DNA of 64,000 nt, taken from contig UQZL01000002.1 of NCBI GenBank assembly GCA_900545605.1, forward strand, positions 43,943 through 107,942, in the 5' to 3' direction. Shown here in pieces: positions 56,608 to 64,000 of the stretch. The position numbers were made by a program, and so were the translations under genes. The DNA comes from an uncultured Collinsella sp. (GTDB lineage: Bacteria; Actinomycetota; Coriobacteriia; Coriobacteriales; Coriobacteriaceae). Within the stretch, counting starts at the first letter, position 1, and each line of letters begins with the position of its first letter. Under the pieces are notes generated by a model. The model did no database searches. It saw nothing but the letters and a program-made list of their open reading frames with translations, and had not been told where the DNA came from.

Positions 56608-58047
56608 ATGTCCGTTAACCCTGCTAGCGTCACCAACCCGCCCGCGCAGTTTCCCGAGGACTTTGTCTTTGGCGGCGCTACCGCTGCCTACCAGGTAGAG
56701 GGCGAGACCCGCACCCACGGTAAGGGCAAAGTCGCCTGGGACGACTTCTTGGAGGCCCAGGGGCGCTTTTCCCCCGATCCCGCTTCGGACTTCTACAACC
56801 AGTACCCCGTCGATCTGGAGCTGTGCGAGGAGTTCGGCATCAACGGCATTCGCCTCTCCATTGCCTGGAGCCGCATCTTCCCCAACGGCACCGGCGAGAT
56901 CAACCCCGAGGGCGTGCAGTTCTACCACGATCTCTTCGCCGAGTGCCACAAGCACCACGTTGAGCCGTTTGTCACGCTGCATCACTTTGACACGCCGCTG
57001 CCCCTCTTTGAGAAGGGCGACTTCCTCAACCGCGAGACCATCGACGCCTTTGTGGACTTTGCCACCTTCTGCTTTAAGGAGTATGCCGACCAGGTGACCT
57101 ACTGGTTCACCTTTAACGAGATCTGGGCCGACGCCTCCAACACCTACATCGAGGGCACCTTCCCCGGTGGCGTCAAGGCGCATCTTGCCGAGGCCTTCCA
57201 GTGCGAGCACAACATGATGCTCGCCCACGCCAAGGCAGTGCTGGCCTTCCACAACGGCGGCTTTAAGGGCAAAATCGGCGTCATTCAGTCGTTGGAGTTC
57301 AAGTACCCGCTCAACGAGAACGACCCCGCCGACATCAAGGCCGCCAACAACGAGCACGTGCTGCAGAACCAGTTTTTGCTCGACGCCACCTTCCGCGGCG
57401 ACTACGCGCCCGACACCATCGAGTGCGCCAACCGCCTGGCTGCCGTCTCGGGCGGCACCATCGAGATCCTAGACGAGGATCTGGAAATCATGCGCGAGGC
57501 CGCGCTCTACAACGACTACCTGGGCGTTAACAACTACCAGTGCCGTTTCTTGAAGGCTTACGACGGCGAGAACGACCTGCACCACAATGGTACGGGCGAG
57601 AAGGGCACCGGCCGCTGGCGCGTCAAGGGCATTGGCGAGCACGTGAACAAGCCTGGCATCCCTACCACCGACTGGGACTGGATCATCTATCCCGAGGGCC
57701 TGTTCGATCTGCTCGTCTACATTAAGCAGCGCTACCCCAACTACAAGCAGATCTTCATCACCGAAAACGGCATGGGCTACAAGGACCCCTACAAGGACGG
57801 TTTTGTGGACGACCAGCCGCGCATCGACTACATCGAGCAGCACCTGCGCTGGTTGCTCAAGGCCATGGAGGTGGGCGTCAACGTGGGCGGCTACTTCCTG
57901 TGGAGCCTGCAGGATCAGTTTTCCTGGACCAATGGCTACAACAAGCGCTATGGCTTCTTCTACGTTGACTTTGAAACCCAGAAGCGCACGCCCAAGGCAA
58001 GCGCATACTGGTATAAGCACGTGGCGCAGACCCGTCGTCTGGACTAG
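56608..58047 (+). CDS. lacG: 6-phospho-beta-galactosidase (GH1), copy 1
   Basis: GGATAAYQVEG, TFNE, ITENG, WSLQDQFSWTNGYNKRYG. Confidence 0.9.
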   Translation: MSVNPASVTNPPAQFPEDFVFGGATAAYQVEGETRTHGKGKVAWDDFLEAQGRFSPDPASDFYNQYPVDLELCEEFGINGIRLSIAWSRIFPNGTGEINPEGVQFYHDLFAECHKHHVEPFVTLHHFDTPLPLFEKGDFLNRETIDAFVDFATFCFKEYADQVTYWFTFNEIWADASNTYIEGTFPGGVKAHLAEAFQCEHNMMLAHAKAVLAFHNGGFKGKIGVIQSLEFKYPLNENDPADIKAANNEHVLQNQFLLDATFRGDYAPDTIECANRLAAVSGGTIEILDEDLEIMREAALYNDYLGVNNYQCRFLKAYDGENDLHHNGTGEKGTGRWRVKGIGEHVNKPGIPTTDWDWIIYPEGLFDLLVYIKQRYPNYKQIFITENGMGYKDPYKDGFVDDQPRIDYIEQHLRWLLKAMEVGVNVGGYFLWSLQDQFSWTNGYNKRYGFFYVDFETQKRTPKASAYWYKHVAQTRRLD

Positions 58048-58157
58048 CGGCTGGCGGGGTCGCCTGCCCACATAACCTGTCCCCATTTCTCAGCCGGGGG
58101 CGGCACGTCACACGGCGCGCCGCCCCCGGCCTTTTTTGGGCGGTTCGGGGGCCGCTT

Positions 58158-58295
58158 GTCTCAATCTGTAACATCTAGCCGAGTTTTTGGGTCCAAGCTG
58201 TTACAGATTGAGACGAACAGGATTGCTCTTTCCGAAGAATCTAAATCTGTAACACGTAGCCCGCTTTTGACCGTCTACCTGTTACAAATCGAGAC
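58158..58295. repeat. Two tandem inverted-repeat units (TCT(C/A)AATCTGTAACA-N25-TGTTACA..T.GAGAC), 81-bp period
   Basis: 58158-58214 and 58240-58295; third copy at 63169-63224. Confidence 0.85.
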
Positions 58296-58309
58296 AAACG
58301 GAGTAGGAC

Positions 58310-59338
58310 CTAACCCCGTATGTCCCTAACAGTCGAGCGTTCGACCAGCGTACTCGGCACATGAATCGCCTCGATAGACGAGCTCTCTCCAATCGCCGCC
58401 TCAAACGCAAGCTTACCGACACCGCGCAAATCAAATCGCAGCGTCGTCAGCCGATTGTGAGGAACAAGTCCCTCGAGTGCGTCGTCGATACCAACCACGC
58501 TCACGTCGTCGGGCACGGACAGGCCCGCGTTCTCGAGCGCGGCGATAACGCCCAGCGCCATCTGGTCATTTGCCGCAAGCACGGCAGTCGGCGCCTGCGA
58601 CCCGCCGGCAAGCACCTCGGCCGCAATCCGCTCGCCCATGGCGTACCCACTGTCCGCACTCCAATCGCCACGCAGCATCGGAGCGGCATCGACATGAGCA
58701 CGACCCAGCGTATCGCGCCAACCGGCCTCACGAAAACGCGAGGAAATCGAGTTTTCCGGACCCGCCACAAACCGCATATTCGAGTGACCATGTTCCAGCA
58801 GATAATTGGTCAACAGCTCGCACGAACCATACTGGTCGGAGTCGATCGTCGTGCAGCGCGGATGCGCATACATGGACAGGATGACCGTTCGCACTCCCGG
58901 CTGGGGAACAAACTCCTCAAAATCGGGAGCCATGCGGTTCATGTTGAGAATCATGCCGTCGACGGGTCGCTCGACCATGCGGCGCGAGGCATCGGCAAGT
59001 GCATAGGGCTTGTCGCCGCCCATCTCGATCATAGTGACGGCAAAATCGTGCTCGCGCGCCGCTTGCATGATACCCTCGAGCGTCGCCAGGTTACCGACAC
59101 GTGTGATGTTGTACATGCACAGGCCAATAGAACGATACGACCCGCCGCGCAACGCCGCTCCAGCAAAATTGGGACGAAAGCCCAGCTCTTCCATGGCGGC
59201 CAGCACACGCTTGCGCGTCTTTTCCGTCACGTTGGGCATACCGTTGACCACGCGAGACACAGTCTGGCGGCTCACGCCAGCGAGCGCCGCAACCTCTGCC
59301 GCGCTCGCCGAACGACCATTCCTTGTCTGCTGATCCAT
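58310..59338 (-). CDS. LacI-family repressor, paralog C
   Basis: AAEVAALAGVSRQTVSRV HTH; divergent from lacG copy 2. Confidence 0.9.
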   Translation of the reverse strand: MDQQTRNGRSASAAEVAALAGVSRQTVSRVVNGMPNVTEKTRKRVLAAMEELGFRPNFAGAALRGGSYRSIGLCMYNITRVGNLATLEGIMQAAREHDFAVTMIEMGGDKPYALADASRRMVERPVDGMILNMNRMAPDFEEFVPQPGVRTVILSMYAHPRCTTIDSDQYGSCELLTNYLLEHGHSNMRFVAGPENSISSRFREAGWRDTLGRAHVDAAPMLRGDWSADSGYAMGERIAAEVLAGGSQAPTAVLAANDQMALGVIAALENAGLSVPDDVSVVGIDDALEGLVPHNRLTTLRFDLRGVGKLAFEAAIGESSSIEAIHVPSTLVERSTVRDIRG

Positions 59339-59398
59339 GCCTTCCACGCTAACCTGCTTCCCAACTATTCCCCGCGCCCATGGCGCATCGTACATACA

Positions 59399-59568
59399 TT
59401 GATAACGTGCTCATGATACCCGAGCCATATACCACAACATGAAAACTTCTGTCAATCAAAACCGCTTACCGAACAAATACAACCGTTCGCGGCTGTTTGA
59501 AGTTGTTTTGTTTCTATACATCCCAGCCGGATGTTAACGTGCTCATTGTCAAATGTTCACGTGCTCAT
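59399..59568. promoter_or_regulatory. Three operators WTGWTMACGTGCTCAT between LacI-C and lacG2
   Basis: 59399-59414, 59531-59546 and 59553-59568. Confidence 0.75.
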
Positions 59569-59682
59569 TTTGGTTCTAATCATTTTAAGATAGTGTTTAT
59601 CGGGCTTTTTCACCGCTGAACGCTAACCAGGGAGCCTCCTGAGCGCAAACGCACAATATCGAACAGCGAGACGAGAGGGTGT

Positions 59683-61131
59683 ATGCATATGTCTTTGCTA
59701 AACCGCGTACAGCAGCTGCCGAAGGGCTTTGTTTGGGGCGCCGCAACCGCCGCGTACCAAACGGAAGGTTCCACGAAGGTGGCAGGCAAGGGTAAGACCA
59801 TGTGGGACGATTACCTTGTCGCCCAGGGTCGCTTTTTGCCCGACCCGGCCAGTGATTTCTACAACCGCTACGAGGAGGATATCCGCCTTTCTGCCGAGCA
59901 TGGACTCAACGCCATCCGTGTGTCCATCGCCTGGACCCGCATCTTCCCCAACGGCGACGATGCCGAGCCCCTCGCCGAGGGCGTTAAGCACTACCACGAG
60001 CTGTTCGCCTGCTGCAAAAAGTATGGCGTCGAGCCCTATGTGTCCCTGCATCACTTTGACTCCCCCGCCGCCCTGTTCAACCAGGGCGACTGGCTCAACC
60101 GCAAGACCGTCGACGCCTATGTGCGCTATGCCGAGTTCTGCTTCCGCGAGTTCCGCGAGGTCAAGAATTGGTTCACCATCAACGAGCTCATCAGCCTCTC
60201 GCACTCCCAATACATCCAAGGCAACTTCCCGCCCAACCATCACTTTGATGTGACGAGCGGCATCCAGAGCCAGCACAACGAGCTCGTTGCCCACGCCCGC
60301 GCCGTCAACCTGTATAAGGATCTTGACGAGACCGAGCACCTGGGCGGACGCATTGGCATGGTCAACGTCCTGACGCCGGCATATCCTGCCACAGACTCGC
60401 CCGCCGACCAGCACGCCGCCGACCTGTACAACGCCTTCTACACCGACTTCATCATGGACGGCGCCTTCCTGGGTCACTACTCCGCGCGCACCCTCTCACT
60501 CATCAACGAGATTCTGCGTGCCAACAACGCCACGCTTACGGTTGAGGACAGCGACATGGAGGAGCTCGCCAAGGCGGCGCCCCGCAACGATATGTTCGGC
60601 CTCAACTACTATCAGTCGGCGTTTATCGCCGCCTACGATGGCGAGTCCACCAACAGCTTTAACGGCACCGGAGACAAGGGCACCTCGTGCTTTAAGTTTA
60701 AGGGCGTCGGGCAGCAGGTCGATATGCCGGGTATCCCCACCACCGACTGGGATTGGCTCATCTACCCGCAAGGCCTCTACGACACGCTCAAGCACATCAG
60801 CGCCACCTATCCCAACCTCCCCGTCATCTATATCACCGAAAACGGCCTGGGCCACAAGGACCCCGAGCCCGACGCAAACGGCATCGTCGCCGATCCCGAG
60901 CGCATCGACTTTGTCGACCAGCACATGGAGAAGGTGCTCCGGGCGCGCGCCGAGGGCGTCGACGTCCAGGGCTACTTTATCTGGAGCCTGCAGGACCAGT
61001 TCTCGTGGGCCAACGGCTATAACAAGCGCTACGGCCTGTTCTACATCGACTTCGACACGCAAAAACGCTACATCAAGCAGTCGGCACTCTGGTACAAGGA
61101 GCTCGCCGACACTATGGCGGACGCGCAGTAG
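59683..61131 (+). CDS. lacG: 6-phospho-beta-galactosidase (GH1), copy 2
   Basis: WGAATAAYQTEG, TINE, ITENG, WSLQDQFSWANGYNKRYG. Confidence 0.88.
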   Translation: MHMSLLNRVQQLPKGFVWGAATAAYQTEGSTKVAGKGKTMWDDYLVAQGRFLPDPASDFYNRYEEDIRLSAEHGLNAIRVSIAWTRIFPNGDDAEPLAEGVKHYHELFACCKKYGVEPYVSLHHFDSPAALFNQGDWLNRKTVDAYVRYAEFCFREFREVKNWFTINELISLSHSQYIQGNFPPNHHFDVTSGIQSQHNELVAHARAVNLYKDLDETEHLGGRIGMVNVLTPAYPATDSPADQHAADLYNAFYTDFIMDGAFLGHYSARTLSLINEILRANNATLTVEDSDMEELAKAAPRNDMFGLNYYQSAFIAAYDGESTNSFNGTGDKGTSCFKFKGVGQQVDMPGIPTTDWDWLIYPQGLYDTLKHISATYPNLPVIYITENGLGHKDPEPDANGIVADPERIDFVDQHMEKVLRARAEGVDVQGYFIWSLQDQFSWANGYNKRYGLFYIDFDTQKRYIKQSALWYKELADTMADAQ

Positions 61132-61307
61132 CGCATCGCCTCGCTTTCCCCCGAGAGGGGAGCGGCCCTATGCGATACAAACCCAGCCGCTCCCCTCTCT
61201 CCCCCTGGGACCGACCCCGCCTGCACCCGGGCTTTTAGCAAGCGGGAGACCATATAGGTTTTCAACGTCCATGCCATTAAGATTTCATGCAAAGAGGAGC
61301 GTGAACT

Positions 61308-63068
61308 ATGGAATCGATCGTTAAGTTCTTGGAGAAAGGTCAGCCGTACTTCGACAAGGTCTCTAAGAACATCTACCTTCAGGCCATTAAAGACGGCTTT
61401 TTGGCAGCAATGCCCATCATCCTGTCTTCTTCTGTCTTCCTGCTTATTTCGACCCTGCCGGGCGTTGTCGCCACGGTCGGCGGCTTTACGCTGCCCGACT
61501 GGTGGAACGTCGACGTCGTGAACTTCTGCAACAAGGTTTACAACTTCACGATGGGCGTCGTGGGCATCATGGTCGCCGGCACCACCGCAAGCGCGCTGAC
61601 CGGCTCCAAGAACCGCCGCATGCCTGCCGGCAAGGCCATCAACGCCACGAGCACCATGGTCGCCGCCATGTGCGCTATGCTCATCTTGGCCGTTACCCAG
61701 ACGAGTGCCAAGATCGACGGCGCCGATGTCTCGGTGTTCTTTACCGACAACATGGGCACCAAGGGCCTACTGAGCTCCTTTGTCGCCGCATTTGCCACGG
61801 TCAACATCTATGCCTTCTGCATTAAGCGAGACATCACCATCAAGCTGCCCAAAGAAGTCCCCGGCGCCATCGCCCAGAACTTCCGCGACATCTTCGCCTT
61901 CAGCTTCTCCATCCTGTTTGTCGCCGTCATCGACGTTATCTGCCGCACCTGCTTGGCCGTCCCGTTTGCCAACGTCATCTCCACGCTGGTGAGCCCGCTG
62001 TTCGCCGCTGCCGATTCCTACGCCGGCCTCGCCCTCATCTGGTTCATGATCCCGCTGTTCTGGTTCATGGGCATCCACGGCCCCTCGGTCGTTAAGCCTG
62101 CCCTCAACGCCGCGCTGTTTGGCAACATCACCACCAACCTCGCCACGCTGCAGGCCGGCGGTCACCCCGCCCTCGCCCTGACCGAGAACTTCGGTAACTA
62201 CATCGGCGAACTCGGCGGCACCGGCGCCACGTTCATTGTCCCGATCATCTTCCTGCTCTTTATGCGCTCCAAGCAGCTCAAGGCCGTCGGCAAAGCCTCT
62301 GTCGTACCCGTGATGTTCGCCGTCAACGAGCCGCTGCTGTTCGCCGCGCCCATCATCCTCAACCCGTACTTCCTGATCCCGTTCCTGTTTGCCCCCGTGG
62401 CCAACGTCCTCATTGGTAAGTTCTTCATCGACTTTTTGGGCATGAACGGCTTTATCTATGCCATGCCGTGGGCACTCCCCGGACCGATCGGCACCTTCAT
62501 CGACACCAACTTCCAGCCGATCTCTCTGGTCCTGGTTGTCGTCCTGCTGGTCGTTGACTTCTTGATCTACTACCCATTCTGCAAGGCCTACGACAACGTC
62601 CTGTGCAAGCAGGAGGCCGAGACCCTGGCCGAAGAAGAGGCCGAGGAGACCAAGGCCGTCAAGACCGCTGCCGCCCCCGCCGTTGAGGCTCCTGTTGTCG
62701 AGACCGCTTCTGCCACCGAGGCCTCCGCAGCTCCGTCCGCCCTTAAGGGCAAGGATCTGAGGGTTCTGGTTCTGTGCGCTGGCGCCGGCACCTCTGCACT
62801 GCTCGCCAACGCGCTTAAGGAAGGCGCCGACGAGCTGGGCATCGACATTACCGCCAACGCCGGTGCCTACGGCAGCCACTACGCCATCATGGACCAGTAC
62901 AACGTCATCGTCCTGGCTCCGCAGGTTCGCACCTATTACAACGAGATGAAGGCCGACACCGACCGCCTGGGCATCACGCTGCTGTCGCCCAAGGGCAAAC
63001 AGTACATCGACCTCACTAAGGATCCCAAGGGCGCCGTCGCCTGGATCGAGGAAAACCTCGAGGCATAA
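61308..63068 (+). CDS. lacE: PTS lactose-type EIICB, copy 2
   Basis: NIYLQAIKDGF, WFMGIHGPSVV, LGGTGAT; EIIB VLCAGAGTSALLA. Confidence 0.9.
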   Translation: MESIVKFLEKGQPYFDKVSKNIYLQAIKDGFLAAMPIILSSSVFLLISTLPGVVATVGGFTLPDWWNVDVVNFCNKVYNFTMGVVGIMVAGTTASALTGSKNRRMPAGKAINATSTMVAAMCAMLILAVTQTSAKIDGADVSVFFTDNMGTKGLLSSFVAAFATVNIYAFCIKRDITIKLPKEVPGAIAQNFRDIFAFSFSILFVAVIDVICRTCLAVPFANVISTLVSPLFAAADSYAGLALIWFMIPLFWFMGIHGPSVVKPALNAALFGNITTNLATLQAGGHPALALTENFGNYIGELGGTGATFIVPIIFLLFMRSKQLKAVGKASVVPVMFAVNEPLLFAAPIILNPYFLIPFLFAPVANVLIGKFFIDFLGMNGFIYAMPWALPGPIGTFIDTNFQPISLVLVVVLLVVDFLIYYPFCKAYDNVLCKQEAETLAEEEAEETKAVKTAAAPAVEAPVVETASATEASAAPSALKGKDLRVLVLCAGAGTSALLANALKEGADELGIDITANAGAYGSHYAIMDQYNVIVLAPQVRTYYNEMKADTDRLGITLLSPKGKQYIDLTKDPKGAVAWIEENLEA

Positions 63069-63168
63069 GACGCTGACACCACCTGCCGCTTGCAGACAAT
63101 AAATGGCCCGTGCATCAATGTGTGATGCGCGGGCCATTTTGTTTAGACCGCACCCGTCCTCCTGTTCA

Positions 63169-63224
63169 TCTCAATCTGTAACATCTAGCCGAGTTTTCGG
63201 GTCCCACCTGTTACAGACTTAGAC
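63169..63224. repeat. Third copy of the TCTCAATCTGTAACA inverted-repeat unit
   Basis: Near-identical to 58159-58214, including the spacer TCTAGCCGAGTTTT.GGGTCC. Confidence 0.85.
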
Positions 63225-63241
63225 GAGCAGGCCGAGCACGT

Positions 63242-64000
63242 CTACGCCCGCAAATCCCGCACGCTCGCGCGCTCGACCAACACACCCGAGACGAGCGTAC
63301 GGCTTCTGGAGCTCGGGGCTTCCAGACCTGCGACGACCTCGTTAAGCGCACGGATGCCCAGCTCGCGGTGGCGAAACTTCACCGACGTCAGAATCGAGTT
63401 GGGAATCGTCTTGTAGAGCTCATCGTCGAAACCGATCACGGACACGTCGTCGGGCACACTGAGCCCTTTGTCACGTAAAGCCATCATCACGCCGTTTGCC
63501 ATGCAGTCGTTAGCAGCGAGGACCGCCGTGCAATCGGCTTTATCGGCAAGCACAAGGCCCGCGGCATAGCCACTATCCGCATTCCAATCGCCTTGCAGAG
63601 GCTCGGGCGGCTCAATGCCATGCGCCTCGAGTGCCGCTCGCCAACCTTTCATACGGCACTGGCTCGACAGCGCTTCTTTCTTACCAGAGACGAAGTACAC
63701 GTTCTTGTGCCCGTGATTCAAGAAGTACTCGCACGCCATGCGCGCGCCGCCCTCTTGATCGTCACTGACGGTGGAGCAGGTAGGATGTTCCATCGGTGTG
63801 ATAATCACCGTCTTGAGGTCTTTCGGTGCCTCAAAAGTATCAAAGTCATCGACCATCTGACGCAGGTTGAAGATCATGCCATCAACAGGCAGCTGCGACA
63901 TCCTACGCGCCGCTTCGGCAAGGGTCATCTTCTCCCCCGCCCGCTTTTTGATCATCGTGAGCGCAAAGCCGCGTTCTTCGGCGGCATCTGCGATACCGTC
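63242..64000 (-). CDS. LacI-family repressor, paralog D (5' end outside window)
   Basis: LAEAARRMSQLPVDG, GDWNADSGY, AANDCMA, VPDDVSVIGFDD; similar to paralogs A-C. Confidence 0.88.
   Translation of the reverse strand, partial: DGIADAAEERGFALTMIKKRAGEKMTLAEAARRMSQLPVDGMIFNLRQMVDDFDTFEAPKDLKTVIITPMEHPTCSTVSDDQEGGARMACEYFLNHGHKNVYFVSGKKEALSSQCRMKGWRAALEAHGIEPPEPLQGDWNADSGYAAGLVLADKADCTAVLAANDCMANGVMMALRDKGLSVPDDVSVIGFDDELYKTIPNSILTSVKFRHRELGIRALNEVVAGLEAPSSRSRTLVSGVLVERASVRDLRA

Noticed and set aside
58158..58295. Possible CRISPR mini-array (also 21237-21298)
   Set aside because: Only two or three units, inverted-repeat architecture or very short spacers, and no cas genes.

Overview
High-GC window whose gene content and codon style suggest a gut Coriobacteriia genome (Collinsella-like; this is inference). 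In order it carries: a sucrose/fructan PTS-GH32-LacI unit; a pyruvate formate-lyase split into a 683-aa catalytic gene and a separate 83-aa glycyl-radical gene; a KdgT-like permease with an SDR; MarR with a heterodimeric ABC exporter; DAHP synthase; a GNAT gene with an in-frame amber stop; and an AlbA_2/Schlafen-like protein. Next is an expanded agmatine/polyamine region with two agmatine deiminases, putrescine carbamoyltransferase, two APC permeases, an amidohydrolase, a MATE, three LuxR regulators and a small divergent peptide ORF, but no carbamate kinase. This is followed by a BceAB-type ABC transporter, a NUDIX-Vsr fusion and an AraC-HAD pair. The last ~24 kb is a galactose/lactose region with Leloir genes, a tagatose-6-P pathway that has a class II aldolase but no lacD, two lacE/lacG sets and four paralogous LacI repressors. 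Three of these repressors sit beside their own operator variant. Intergenic DNA holds several families of structured palindromic repeats and a recurrent ACCGTTCRCSG motif. I found no CRISPR, rRNA, tRNA or intact transposase. All family calls come from motif recognition by eye; no database searches were run.
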